Under the pieces are notes generated by a model. That model searched no databases, was not told where the DNA came from, and saw nothing but the letters and a program-made list of their open reading frames with translations. Both the position numbers and the translations under genes were made by a program. A stretch of DNA of 64,000 nucleotides from Aplysia californica. Taxonomy: Eukaryota. The stretch spans positions 2,145,398 through 2,209,397 of the forward strand of contig NW_004797290.1 in NCBI RefSeq assembly GCF_000002075.1, written 5' to 3'. Each line of letters opens with the position of its first letter. Position 1 is the first letter of the stretch. Positions 28,024 through 41,220 of this stretch are shown one piece after another.

Positions 28024-28210
28024 AATGGGTGGGTGGTTGGCGGGTGCTCTGGTGTGGTTTGCTCCTTCTTTCCTCTTAAACATCTATCGTCCTTATCTCT
28101 CCTCCTTCTTTTTTACGTTTGTTGTTACTCTCTTGTAACACCTCTAATCTTTGGAACTTATATGACCTTATTGTGTTGCAAGTGCCGTAAAACTCTTTAC
28201 TAAACTAAAC
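28024..28210 (+). mobile_element. Representative copy of an abundant 190-bp retroposed repeat (about 18 copies in window)
   Basis: GGGTGGTTGGCGGGTGCTCTGGTGTGGTTTGCTCC...GTGTTGCAAGTGCCGTAAAAC..(CTAAA)n; TSD TAAATTATCAGTC. Other copies near 2162, 2300, 3205, 5030 (-) and 7068, 8523, 9005, 29790, 30705, 33832, 35740, 36337, 36483, 36886, 37320, 38450, 44712, 62696 (+). Confidence 0.9.
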
Positions 28211-28299
28211 TAAATTATCAGTCCTGTATGCTTCTCTTTACCCGCTATCAAATGTTAATATTGGTCACATATCACAGCCTTTTTGTCTCTGCTTTTCAG

Positions 28300-28560
28300 G
28301 AAGGGGGGCCTGTCAAAGTGGAATGGATGCCAGGGCACAATCTCCTTCCGAGTGCGTCACGAATTGCAGAGGGCGATGTCGCTCTGTTTGATGCTATGAG
28401 CCAGGCAGCCCCCATGGATGTCAGTGATGATGGTTCTGATGCATTTTCCAAAGCAATTTTCAAAGAGCACATAGAAGACATTGATGCAGAAGATGCAGGA
28501 AATCCTCAGCTTGTCAGCCTCTACGTCAACCCCATTTATTCTTACATGAGGCAACTTGAG
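28300..28560 (+). CDS. CCNB: Cyclin B exon 3 (CRS region, AFS...[30 protein letters not shown])
   Basis: ttttcag acceptor, GAG|gtaaca donor; typical cyclin B DID..D..NP.L...Y...IY.Y motif. Confidence 0.93.
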
Positions 28561-29485
28561 GTAACACCTATTAAAGTGTAAGAATGAAAACTGCTAGGGA
28601 AACTGTTTTGAACCTGTGTAAATCTTCAGGTCTGATATTCTTTGAGATTTTTTATGACGCTGTGCATTTTGTAAGAGAACAGAGGTAAATTCTTGTGTAA
28701 TATAGATTAGAAGATTGCTGTATGTATTGGATAAGAGTAGTTTGTTGTATGTTCTGAGCTCTTTTTTTTTTCTTTTTTTGCTGTTGCAAGGAGGGGAACT
28801 CATCCGTATTGGTCTTGTCAGGGTTTGGCTTAAAGTATCTTGTCATATAATCATATGGAGAATTGTGGTTGCCACCTTGCTTTATAATTTTATGGTTATA
28901 TATCCGTGAGCATAGATAGACATCTGGCATTAAGCAAATGTGAGGTGTGCTGACAAAATGAGTTACTTCTCGGATTCGAGCCCTATTCAAGTAGGTACAT
29001 CACGCTTATAGGTGAAGATTTTATAATTTGTGAATATGAAATAATAAAAGGAATGTTATACTTGAAGAATGTGGCATTAATAGTAATAGAAAATCTACAA
29101 ATTTGACCCAAGTGTCGATATTTGGCCAATATCTCCAATTGTGGATTACGAGAAGTAACCAATTTTGCCAGCACACCTCACAAATCAACATTTATGTCTT
29201 AATGTGCGGGTTGGAAGAGTATATGTCTGTCAGTGGCTGGAAAGTCAATTTGTATGTCAGTTTGTGGAACAAACGCTGTAGAGGTTTTGTGTCCTTGTTT
29301 GTTTATGAAAGTAAAACTGGATTCTTCTGCTTTGTCAAGTGAGGGTATGGTGCCCCAGTTGTTCCCAAATGTTGTTCAACTCTGTTTAGGGTTTAGATAA
29401 TTTTTTATTTGATATATTTGTGTAGTAGTCCCTCCTTTGAAATTGAGTGTGAATGAAAGTATGTCTATTAATTTGTTTTCCCCAG

Positions 29486-29644
29486 AGGAAATACTGTATA
29501 CGGGTGAAATTTCTCGAAGGATCTGAGCTGACGGGAAAGATGCGAGCCATATTGATTGACTGGTTATGTCAAGTACACAACAGATTTCACTTGTTGCAAG
29601 AAACTCTCTACCTCACTGTTGCTATAATTGACAGATATCTCCAG
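29486..29644 (+). CDS. CCNB: Cyclin B exon 4 (cyclin box MRAILIDWL...[18 protein letters not shown])
   Basis: MRAIL motif; cccag acceptor, CAG|gtaatt donor. Confidence 0.97.
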
Positions 29645-30026
29645 GTAATTTGAGGTGCCTTGTTTCAGGCCTGGTTTGTTGGTGACAGTCTTATAATATC
29701 CTATTTCTCAGCTATTTATGTTTGTTGTCTCTCTTGTGCTCTGCTCTTTCTGACAAGAACAGGAAAAAGTAAAACCCCTAAAATGCAGTCTGCAAACTTC
29801 TTTCCTATCAATCATCTCTCATCCTTCTCCCTCCTCCTTTTTTATGTTTGTTGCTCTCTTGTACCAGCTCTAATCTTCGGCATAAATTTTATATGACCAA
29901 GTTGTGTTATAATTGCCGTAAAACTCCCACATAAACAAAAATGACCTTTAACTTGTATTTAATTTAGTCGCGGTCTGTTCTTTTGTTTCCACCCTGCACT
30001 CACGTGTGGCTGCTTTGTCTCGTCAG

Positions 30027-30263
30027 GTAAAACCATGTTCGAAGAACCGCCTTCAACTGGTTGGAGTAACAGCAATGTTGATTGCCAGCAAATACGAGGA
30101 GATGTATGCTCCTGAAGTGGCAGATTTTGTGTACATAACAGACAATGCCTATACAAAACATGATGTACGAGACATGGAGCAAGACATATTGCGAACGCTG
30201 GATTTCAGTTTTGGCAGGCCCCTGTGTCTTCATTTCTTGAGGAGAAACTCAAAAGCTGGCCAG
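30027..30263 (+). CDS. CCNB: Cyclin B exon 5 ([19 protein letters not shown]...[10 protein letters not shown])
   Basis: Diagnostic B-type KYEEMY and FLRRxSK motifs; ends at non-canonical CAG|GCAAGT donor. Confidence 0.96.
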
Positions 30264-31152
30264 GCAAGTACTTTTCTCGTTAATATTTTGTCGGGGAGCT
30301 GTTCAAATGTAATAAGCCCAGAAAGCAAATTTAGCTCATGTGTCTGTCTTGCCTTTTTCAACTCTCAGAAGTTGAAGTAAGACAATATTTTCTTGAGCAC
30401 ATGCGACTTATGCCACTGACTGCAAATTTGAAGAAATTAAACATTTGGGGCTTCATCAGAACAGCTGCTAACTGAACTGAAACTGAAAGAAACAGGACAT
30501 GCTTGATCAGGAGTTGTCTCTTATGTGTGTTTGAGGTTGCTTAATGTCATTATCATATATTATAGAGAATAGAGAGAGTTTAATTTCCACTTTGCCAATA
30601 ACACTTGTCTATGCTAAAAACTGAAAACACAATACATGTACTACTATTATCCTGCGTTGTTTCTGTCTTTCCATCTTCCCTTTTTTAAATGAATTAAAGG
30701 AATTGGTTGGGGAGTGCTGTGCTGTGGTTTACTCCTTCTTTCCAATCAATCATCTGTCGTTGTTATCCCTTCTCTTTCTTTTCTTTGTATGCTACTATCT
30801 TCAACACCTCTGATCTTTGGCACTTAAGAGACCTAATAATTGTGTTGCAAGTGCTGTTCATCTCTAGCTAAACTAAACTGCATAAAATAACCATTATTGA
30901 GTTAATGTCATCTCTTTTCTCCTAACTTTTTTTTTACTGAGCAAACTGGGTTCACTGTTTTAAAAAAAGTAAATCGAACAATTTAGCTTTTTGAAAGTAC
31001 TAGCTGGAACAGATTCTCAGCTCTTGTACTACCATTGCCTTGAATTTGGTTTGGAGCGGCAGGAAATTTTGAGCTTCAGCCCAGTTATAATTTGCTTCTG
31101 CATTACAGCTGAGATATCTCTATGAAATGACTATTGTTTTTACTTGAAACAG

Positions 31153-31293
31153 GTTGATGCAACAAAACACACTCTTGCAAAATATCTCATGGAGCTGTCG
31201 ATGATTGAGTATGACATGGCCCACCTCAAACCCTCTCACATCGCTGGTGCCTCATTGTACTTGGCTATGGCTGTGTTAGATGGATCCCGATGG
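31153..31293 (+). CDS. CCNB: Cyclin B exon 6 (VDATKHTLAKYLMEL...PSHIAGASLYLA...W)
   Basis: Cyclin C-terminal domain motif HTLAKYLMEL; aacag acceptor, TGG|gtaagt donor. Confidence 0.96.
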
Positions 31294-31967
31294 GTAAGTG
31301 TTTATCCATTTAGTAATAGTATGACCAATAATATTAGAGATCCTACACAGATGAGATTTGTTGAGTGAGCTTATTCTAGATATTGATAGTGGAGGATAAG
31401 CTATTGAAAGTAAGATTGAGATTCCCATTCGGATGATAGGGACCAGGATGAAAATTAAGAATTTGCTCAGCCAAGTACTTCTACAAAGACAAATTGTACG
31501 GGAGAGCTCTTTACCTGTGAGAGGGTGGGGTAGTAGTTTACAGGGAACTGGTGCGCAAGTGGTCGGTGAAAATGGTTCCGAGGGAAAAACTGATCTGCTG
31601 TAGACTGAGAGGAATTTCACAGTGATCGAATAAGTGCCACTTTCCTCTTTTATGCCCCAGCATACAAATTATAGCTTGTAAGTTCCAGAATGTACTTGGG
31701 TAGGGAAACATGACTTATTGGCAAATGTTCTTGCTAAGAAAAGGGCTACAATAGTTTTGTGTTGTTTTTTTTAATGGTCTTTGAGTCCACAGCATGGCAA
31801 ACAGCTGATTTGACTTCAAAGCGAAAAGTTTTCAGTCTCTTTTTTAAAAAAATAAGTACAAGGTGCTAGCTTCATGTGTGGAAAAAAAATGTGCTGTTGC
31901 TAAATTTGTTGTTTTTACATGTCGCAGTCTGATGTTAAATTGACAATCATTTTCTGTTCTTCTCAAG

Positions 31968-32072
31968 ACGGAGACTCTTCGCTACTACAGTGCCTATTCG
32001 GAAGAAGAGTTGGTGCCATTGGCGAGGAAGCTGGCACAGCTTGTGGTGAAGGCAGAGTCACACAAACTTGTG
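31968..32072 (+). CDS. CCNB: Cyclin B exon 7 (TETLRYYSAYSEEELVPLARKLAQLVVKAESHKLV)
   Basis: tctcaag acceptor, GTG|gtaagt donor, 35 codons in phase; continues the W..TL.YYS.Y motif. Confidence 0.92.
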
Positions 32073-33128
32073 GTAAGTTGCTTGGTGTGTTGGGTACAAG
32101 CTCAAACCCATGTGTGATTTTTTTTTTTGGGGGGGGGGGGGGGGTATAGACTATTTAGTGGCTTTTAACTTCTTCATTTTTTAAGTGGTTTTTGATGGAG
32201 TTTTTAAAAAATAAATTACATTCTTCAAATCCTAGATCTATCTGTAATTGTATGGTCTGAAATATATATTTTGCTGTATAATTTTAAATTAGAGAGGTTG
32301 ACGGGTTTTTGGGGGTGAGGGATCTTTGTTTACCTGTCCCCGTCGTTTTATGCAAGAAAAATTCTGCAAACTGAGCCCAAAAATGTGAAATTATGCGATT
32401 CTCTTAATTCTAACCAAAAATGATAAAAGGAAAATAATCAGAAATTATTTTTTAAATGATCAAATTGTGCGGGGTGCATAAAACCACGGGACAGTTTTAC
32501 TCTGGTCCTGGACATGCAGATGTTCATATTATTATACGGTTTGATTTGGGTTTTTTTGCTTATGGTGAGTTAATGGCTAAATGGTGTAGTAGGGATTCTC
32601 TCAGATTTCCTAAAGCGCTCTCTTTTGCTGAAATGTGTACGGAATTGAAGGCTTCTGTGGCTGTGAATAGAACTTTATTTTGTTGCTGTCCTTATTGATA
32701 CAGCAGTTGTGCGATGTTGCTACTTTTAGCTATCTGCCAAGTGGTGTTCCCTAGTGCAGGGCATATGAAACGCTGTCTTCATCCGTTTGCAAGGGCAAGA
32801 ATTCGAGCTCCTTCATCCCTGGTGGGCGAGGTGGGGAAACAAATCAGGTTGTGCAGTCTGCTCCAGGTGTCTAAACATGTGGCATCTTCATTGTAGTTTT
32901 TCTGTCAACTGCATTTTAACTTGGTCTTTCTACATCTACTATGTGGGTTGGAAGGCACTACTGGTAGCTCCTTTTTCTTTACTTTCCCACTGTTGCTTCT
33001 CTATCGTCTGTTTAATTTTTTCCCAGCTTGAAATGGCTATTATTGTGTTGATGTGCTTCTATTTACTCAAACGTTTCTCCATTTTCCCATTGTTTTGATA
33101 CTATTTTTTTTTCTGCTTTCTTTTACAG

Positions 33129-33239
33129 GCTGTTAGAACAAAGTACTCCAGTTCAAAATTCATGAAGATCGCAGTCATTCCGCAGCTGAAGTCGAAGACC
33201 CTCCTTGAGTTTGCCAACAGTGGGGACAGAGATTCCTAG
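33129..33239 (+). CDS. CCNB: Cyclin B terminal coding exon (AVRTKYSSSKFMKIAVIPQLKS...DS*)
   Basis: ttttacag acceptor; conserved cyclin B AVxxKY C-terminus; TAG at 33237-33239. Confidence 0.93.
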   Translation, partial: AVRTKYSSSKFMKIAVIPQLKSKTLLEFANSGDRDS

Positions 33240-35665
33240 TCAATATGTCAAGACCTGTTTGTTTGTGAGACTGTGATGAATGAAGGATCCTCTGCAAGGG
33301 CTACTGATTATCACTGGAAGCCTTTTGCACCTGGTTGATGGGATCTTTTTTAGTATTTTTATGTGTAGTAGTTGCCAGTTTTGGTAGTTGTGTCATGTTA
33401 GAGGTGAGCTCTTGAAAAAGAGGCCAGGCTTTTTTTTTTATGACAAGTTTGCCTGGCTTTGTTCCGGTCCAGAGTATCTCCAGATGATTTGAATAACATG
33501 ATGTGCCTTTTCAACCATCTGTAAAATAAATAACTTTTAAATGGGAAATTTCTCCTATGAATTTTTGTTAAAGCCCCCCCATTTTTGACATGTTTTACAA
33601 GATTCGTTACTATCACATTATAAAATTTAAGAATATGTTGAAGCATGTGATCTGGTAAAAGTGTACCTATGTATATAGAATTGTGAGTGTCGAATGAAAT
33701 GTATTTTATTGTAAAAGTTAATTTATTATTTTTTTCGCTCTCAGCCAGTCTTCCTGGTTCTAAGCCAACTTTTGTACCTGGTTTATTACTGGATTTTTTT
33801 CTTCTCAAAAACATACAATTAGAAATATCAAGTGGGTAGTTGGTGGGTGCTCTGGTATGGCCTGTTCCTTCTTTCTTTTCACACATCTATCGTCCTTATC
33901 TCTCCTCCTTCTTTTCTTTGTGTGTTTGTCTCTGGAAACCAGAATTGGGTAGATAGTGCCGTAAAACACCTACTCAATCAATCAACACCTCTTATCTTTG
34001 ACATTTGTGAGACGTATTTGTGTTGCAAGTGCCATAAAGACTCTTGAACTAAAATAATTATTTAGTACCAAGACTTCACTTTCAGGATAATGATCTGTGT
34101 TATAGAAGTGGTAGTGGTAGGCCTCTGAGAGGAGAGGTTATGCCTGGTACCAGTTTGTCCTTTACAATCAGCCACCATCATTTCATGGGTTCGTCCCCCC
34201 TCTGTGTAGGACATAGGGTTCATACACTTCTTTGGCGGGTCACTCCTGGAAGGAGAGTTTTGTTCCAAGCCATACTCATCTTTGTCTTCTGTCAGTCAGT
34301 CTTGCAGATTTCAGGCTTTTTGATTACCTCGTTTCCGGTAGTTAAGGACTCTGGGCAGTTTTTATGGTAGGGCACATTTTTCATTGCTGGTTCCAGGGAG
34401 TTGCTGATGGGTTCCTTTTCTTTCGTCTGTCCTTCTGTCGCTTTTCTTTCTGTCCTGCCTTGACGCTGTTGGTTTTGTCAATGTGTCTCTTTTAACTTTT
34501 AGAAGCTATTAATACCTATTTACTATTCTGTATCAGTCTTAACTTGATTTTTACGTATTATACAGAAGTATTATCTTGTCTGTCTTGTAGAATTATAGCA
34601 TCTTCGTATTTATAAATGAGTAGCTCTCATCTTTTAGTTGTTGTTCCCAAAAGTTATATAACTTATGCTTTTTACAAAGTATGAGGTAACATTCTTTTCT
34701 TTCTGTCTGTCATGTGAGTGTAATCTTTGTATGGGTACCTCGGGGTTTACAAAGGTTATGGAAAAACTTTCCTGTCTGTGCTTCATCATCTTTCTGACTT
34801 CTCTCCAACTCCATGACAGTGACAGTATTGTTCTGTGCTTGCGTTCCCTCTCCTGGATGCAGAAGATTATTTTTTGCTGAATATTTAGCCTGTAGGATGA
34901 ATCGGCATTCATCATAGTAGTCATAAGCATGTAGTTCTCTTTGAGAGGCGACTGCTCCGTTGAAGTGGGCTCGATTCATACTTCTGCTCTCCATATAATG
35001 AATGATAGGCAACAGTTCAAAATGAGAAATGAGTCGGCCTGGCTGTAGTCCAGAAGATTAGTCATGGATGTTGTTAAAATCAAAATGTATGACTTCAGAA
35101 GTGTAGGCTACTTGGATGACATAAATTTGAAGTTTCATTAATAATTTAAGCATTTGAAATAATGACTTCAGAAGTGTATTTTTTAACTTATAATTAAAGT
35201 TTCGTTTATATTTTTGGATTTTGATCGAAGTTAAAGGTAAAAAAATTCTTTTTTTTTTTTTTTTTTTTTTGTTCGAGTTGATCTCCTTTTTGTCATCAGG
35301 GAGTAGGCCTATTTTTGGCTACATGGGGCTTACGTAGGTTTTACCTTTTTCTTTTTTTTAATAAGTAGGCTATTATTAGAGAACTCTTTTTTTTTCAAGT
35401 AACAGAAGTGGACCCTTAATAATCATAGTTTTCCACTTGCATCTCATTTTGAAGTGCTGCTTGAGCTGTGTGTTTGTGGTGTTGATGAAGCAGTTCAGGT
35501 TATTTGATTTGTCTTTGCTCATGAAAACTTACTTTTCACATATGTTGTTATAAATGCATGGATTTTGAGGTTGAGGTAAAGAACTGGTGATTTTTGTACA
35601 GAGCTTTTGTATGTTTCAAGACACTATTTTAATGTTGCAGCCCATTTTAAATAAGCCAAAATAAA
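33240..35665 (+). promoter_or_regulatory. Cyclin B 3'UTR with CPE-like motifs, PBE and two AATAAA signals
   Basis: TTTTTAT 33356 and 33435, AATAAA 33525, TGTATATA 33670; distal TTTTAAT 35627 plus AATAAA 35660 followed by a T-rich tract. Confidence 0.45.
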
Positions 35666-38600
35666 TATACACAATATGAACTGGCGTTTTCCTCTTCTTT
35701 TTTTTCTTCTATTTTTGCTTTTAAGTTCAGTCCTTTTGTTGTGGTTTGCTCCTTCTTGACTTCTTGCCTATCACCAAACAACTATCATCCTTATCTCCCT
35801 TCCTTTTTTATGTTTGTTACTCTCTTGTAGCACCTCTAATCTTCGGCACTTATATGACCTTGTTGTGTTGCAAGCGCCGTAATACGTCTACTAAAACCAA
35901 AACCAAAATCAGTCCTTATTTGCTATGTATTTCATGTCTTGCCTCCAACCGCTACTTCATAGAGCCTACTTCATATTCATAGTCCAAGTTTAGATTTCCT
36001 AAGCTAGTCGTGATGAAGAAAAAGAAAGTAGTTTGTACTGCACCTTCATTTGAGCATGCTGTATACTTGAATATTTCAAGAAGTTCTGAATGTAGAAGTA
36101 GAAGATAAATTCCATGATATAGAGAATCTTTCATTCCCAATATTCCCTGCTCAACTTGACTTCAGTACGTAGCACATGGAAACAAACCGTCAATACGTCA
36201 ATTCTAGAACCTGCAGTGAACGGTGTGCTCTTCACCCATCTTTGAACTTGGAAGATGAAGACAGGGTGTCATTCAACCTTTACTGCTTTGGCAAGGTTTC
36301 CCATAAATTGCTCCCAAGTGCTATTTGTCTTGTGAGTGGTTGGCGGATGCTTTTGTGTGGTTAGCTCCTTTCTTATCAAACACCTCCTTTTTTGTGCGTT
36401 TGTTACTCTATTGTTATTTGTAATGTCTGTAACATTCGGCACTTATGTGACCTAATCATGTCGCAAGTGCCGTAAAACCAGAAGTGGTTGGTACTGGATG
36501 CTCTGGTGTGGTTTGCTTCTTCTTTCATAATCCTATCAAACTTCTTTCGTTCTTATATTACCTCTACTACTTTTTTGTGTTACTCTCTTCGTCGGCACTT
36601 ATATGACCTAATTGTGTTGCAAGTGCCATGAAACCCTTACTCAAAAAAAGCTCCCCAAAAAATAACCTTTTTGCTATTTCCAAACAAAAATGTCCTTGTC
36701 TAGACTACCTTTTTTAAAGGCTCCCAGTCAGAAGAGGACACCATTGGCAGGTCCTGTCTCTACTTTCTCAACTCTCTGTTGCATCTACTTGGGTGTCCGT
36801 GCTGCTAATGTTCCCAAATTGAAGGAGGGGAAGGGGTTGCCTGGTGTCATTAGTGAGAAAATGGCCACCAAAATTTGGTGACCTTGTGGATAGTTGGCGG
36901 GTGCTCTGGTGTGGTTTGCTCCTTTCCTATCAAAACACCTATTGTCCTTATCTCTCCTCCTTTTTTCTGTTTGTTACTCTCTTGTAACACCTCTAATCTT
37001 CGGCACTTATATAACCTTATTGTGTTGCAAGTGCCGTAAAACTTTTACTCATACTAAAACTTGGTGACCCCCGAAGCTTGAGAGTCCTTGGGAATTGCAA
37101 ATTTACATTTCTTGTGCCTTTAGTCATTTTGCAGTAAAATCCACACACATGTTTTTTAAATGGCCTCTTATCAAACATCTGATCTTCCTTATCTCACTCC
37201 TTTTTTGTGTTTTTTACAAGGGAGTTTAGTGAATGCGTTTGCCGCAGGGCAAATCCGCCAATTACTTTATACGCTCCAAAGACTTTGTGACCAGCAATGA
37301 CTCCTCATTTTTGGGCGGGTCTAACGTTACTCTCTTGTAACATCTATAATCTGCGCCACTACTTGATTGTGTTGCAAGTGCCATAAAAGCTCTTACTGAA
37401 ACAAAATGAAAATGAGCCATAAAGCAAAGAGGCAATGGGATTTCTGGGAGTTCCATTTGCTACATGGAGAGTGTGCCTAAGCGAGCTCACTTCTCATCTG
37501 GCTCAGCCAGTGAGGAACACATGATACAGTATTACACGGAAAGCTCGAATTCGTCCGGACCGACCTGGGGGAAGTTCGAGGATACATGAACAGTGTTGTG
37601 GCATTGGCTGTGTCCGACAGAGAATCAAGGGAAGCAACAAAGATTGCTACTTTTGGGGCAAAACAAGGATACGCAATGCTTTTGAGTTCAATCTGTAATG
37701 AGCCTCCTGGTACCCAAGGCAGTTTAATTGCACGGGTCAGTGTGAGCGGTCTTTAGTCTGCACCATTCAAACAATGCCTTTTCAAATTTTTCAAAATATA
37801 AACAATTTGATAGGATAAGCATATATCGTAACGGTAATCAACAACGTGATGACCAAACAATGCAGCCCTACCCCGCCTCCCCTCACCAAGCTCGCAGTTC
37901 TTTGCGAAGAATGGTGAGGCAGCCAATCGTGTGATGCACAACCCTTCCTCTTGCCCGCTCCACACAAGCCTAGCTAGGCCTAGGGCCTGGGCACGCATAT
38001 CAAACAGCACGCCAAACACAGCACAGCTAGCTGCTTCTGTGGAGGGGGGAAAGAAGCATTTTACCTACTGGCGACCTTGCTTGTTCTGGAGGGGGGGGGG
38101 GGGTTATTGTTAAAATATATTTTTTTGTCCCAAGTGCGCCTCAAAGGACATTGACTTTACTCAAATTTAGATGTATATGATGACATAATTCGTTCAACTA
38201 TTTCGAGTTTTTGTTTGAGCTTCACATAATTTTTTTACAAAGATAAAGAAGGAAAAAAATGGGACCGCAGGCACAGTTCGACGGAGGCTTGATTTTGAGT
38301 CTTCTGTGTTCGACCTATCCATGGTATATTCTTGGTTAAAATGTAGCATGGAATGAGGCAGAAGGAGGTGTCGTGCCTGTGAAGGATGAAAGTACTGTAT
38401 TCATACTTCCCACCATGTACAGGGTGAAGTTCGCTTAAACCAAACACATTGGTGGTCGGCAGATGCTTTTGTGTGGTTCGCTCCTTCTTTCCTATCAAAC
38501 ATCTATTGTCCTGATCTCTCCTCCTTTTTTGTGTTTGCTACTCTCTTGTAACACCTCTAATCTTCAGCACTTATATGACCTTATTATGTTGAAAGTGCCG

Positions 38601-39389
38601 TACCAAAACCTACAATCAAACACAGTTAATCCAAAAACAGCGATACACCGCAAGAAAAGAAAATCCCCAATTTTGTTTTACTATTCGAACTTTTTAAACA
38701 CGAAATCCCTACTTAACTGAAGACAATCTGGCGATCCTGCAGATTTCACTTTAAACGGACTCTTTTATAGAATATTTTTTGGTTCAACACCTTTTATTTT
38801 AATGTCCGTATAAAAACACATTTGCATGGGAATGTTACTGAAAAGCGATTAAAGACACAAAACATATTATAATTATAACTTTTCAGTTTTCTAGGATTCT
38901 CTAGCTATTGAAGTTACTGAACTTTGGCAGCCATTTTCTCGCTAATTTTACCACTGAAACCAGGAGACCCCACCCTCTTCAATCACAAGTATTTCAACTT
39001 CTATTCAAGATAGATCTAGATGGGGGTTTTTATTTCATTAAAAGCAAGGAAAATGAATAAGCTTTTAGATTTTACCAATAACTCAAAATGCCCAAAAACT
39101 GACGAGCGCCTGATTCCACTGCGTTGTGACACATATTCATTTATAATGAAGATGGATGCCAACCAAACTACAGTTGATCCGGGAAATTGAAAAGGGATAT
39201 AACACAGCTGAATATTTGTTAAAAATACAGATTTGCAACCCAAAATATTTAGGATAAATTTCCCAGGGCTTTCATTATCAATTTACAATAGTCATGTTGG
39301 TTAGACACTGTTTTGCTGAAACCTCAGTTTCCACAGAAATTGAAGTACAAACCACAGAAACTCACTAGAAATGTAGTTCATTGAACACA

Positions 39390-39573
39390 TACAGTCGGAC
39401 ACAGATAGCAAAAACACAAAAAAAAACTTGTGATAACTCGGATAACTCATACAATTTGTCATTCCTCAACTAATATCTCTCAAATTTTTTGCTTGTTTAC
39501 CCGAATTATGGATGTGTCGAACACATAAATTTGTCAATCCCTGATGTGTTTGAGTTATTGAGGCCCGACTGTA
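39390..39573. mobile_element. Tigger-like MITE remnant
   Basis: TA|CAGTCGG ... CCGACTG|TA termini. Confidence 0.5.
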
Positions 39574-39716
39574 CTATGGATAAATTTGAAGAGAAAAGAC
39601 CAAAATTCAAAATGCATATATTCAGAGTGCATATAATTTTGTATTCTGAGAAAAGGTACAAAAACATCAGCTGCCAGCCTTCTGTATGAGTGAAGACAGC
39701 ATGAACAACATGTCAG

Positions 39717-39834
39717 TTACACTTGGGCACTGGCCCATATGCTAGAGCTTGGCCCTTCAGGCATGACCCAAGAGCCTGGAATCGAAGATCCTCCAGATGA
39801 ATTTTCCGGTACCAAAAACAAATCCCATTCATAT
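39717..39834 (-). CDS. PDCD7: PDCD7 terminal coding exon (YEWDLFLVPENSSGGSSIPGSWVMPEGPSSSIWASAQV*)
   Basis: Matches the PDCD7 C-terminal WD.YLVP...P.GWV.P..PS..IWA motif; TAA at 39719-39717. Confidence 0.93.
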
Positions 39835-39985
39835 CTGTAAAGAAAAAGGGGAAAAAAACAGTGTCAGATGAAAAAAGAAAAGAAAAAAAAGTACAGCATT
39901 GTATAAAAATAGAACAGAGAGCTTTATTTTTAAAATCTCTGCAAAGAGGTTCTCATTCATGCTGACCTTAAAATTTGCTCTGCAT

Positions 39986-40337
39986 TAATAATAATAATAA
40001 TAATAGATAGCATTTGTATAGCGCATATCCCCGCTCAGCAGCAGGCTCTATGCACTTTACACTATATTATTACCCCAGCAGACCATAGAACACTCAGAAA
40101 CATTCTCAGCTTCCCGGGAAGCATACAGTGCGAGCAGCCGATTAAGCACTCAAACACTAACAAACTGACAAGATCTTTCGCTGTCTATAGCCGGGTACCC
40201 ATTCCCACCTGGGTGAAGTGAGGAAAATTCGTGTAAAGTGCCTTTCCCAAGGACACAACGTCGGACCCTTGACGGGATTCGAACCCACGACCGTACGGTT
40301 GCGAGTCCGAGAGCCTAACCACTAGGCCACCGACGCC
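39986..40337 (-). mobile_element. tRNA-derived CORE-type SINE with L2-like (ATT)n tail
   Basis: Pol III A/B boxes; GTGTCCTTGGGAAAGGCACTT core; GCGCTATACAAATG..(ATT)n end. Confidence 0.85.
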
Positions 40338-40387
40338 ACGCACGTTGTGGATTTAAAATAAAATGCAAGGGGTCTTCAAGGGAATGT

Positions 40388-40755
40388 CAGGGCTGCCAAC
40401 CCATCCCTATGGTTTTTAGTAATGGCCGTGAAGAAAATTAGTCATTTCCCCCAAAAATTAGTAATAGTGCTCTCATTTTCAAATTACTGTATTATATTAC
40501 AATGAACAAAAATATGTCTTAATAACAGAAAATACGGCTTATCGAAAATTAAATAAATGTGAAGGCCAAAGTTCTGCTTTAACACGTCTGCACTTAGTCT
40601 TGTAAAATAAAAAAAGAGCCAAAAATATACTTTTTTTATAGCCAAAAATCTGCTGACTGTAAAAATCGTAATAAGTCGCCTTACGATAGGAATTTCCTAG
40701 TGAGGCTAAAAAATCGTAATGATTGCGCAAAAATCGGATTTGGTTGGCAGCCCTG
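40388..40755. mobile_element. MITE with CAGGGCTGCCAACC TIRs
   Basis: Perfect 14-bp terminal inverted repeats; no clear TSD. Confidence 0.7.
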
Positions 40756-40914
40756 GAATAACATTAGCCTAATCTCACACAACTGCTGACAGTGACGGAC
40801 AAGGACTAGTACTATAAGTGCTACCTAAAGGTATCCCAAAACTATGAAAACGTGTCCTGTTCCATAACTCTCTTTGTCTTTTTGCTTCAAGGGAGAACCC
40901 AGTGACCGAGTGGG

Positions 40915-41220
40915 CAATGAACACAGCTAGACTGACACTGGGGTGTACGAGACAGCTGGGCTGCTACTGTTATTGGGGAGTGCAAATCAACTGGGCTGTC
41001 ATTGGGGTGTACAAAACAGCAGGGTTGTTACTGTTAGTTATTGGGGTGTACAAGCCAGCTGGGTGGTTATTGAGAAGTACAAAACAGCAGTGCTGTAATT
41101 GAGGTGCAGGCTTCAAGACAGCTGAGCGATTATTACTACTAGGGTGTACAAGACAGCTGGGCTGTCATTGAGGAGTACAAGCACAGGACATCTGGGCAGT
41201 TATTGGGGCACATGCTAGGG
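40915..41220 (+). repeat. Degenerate minisatellite, unit about 30-40 bp
   Basis: Recurring ATTGGGGTGTACAAGACAGCTGGGCTGT. Confidence 0.8.

Noticed and set aside
40915-41220. CRISPR-like spaced repeats
   Set aside because: Degenerate tandem minisatellite in a eukaryotic intron; no unique spacers and no cas genes.
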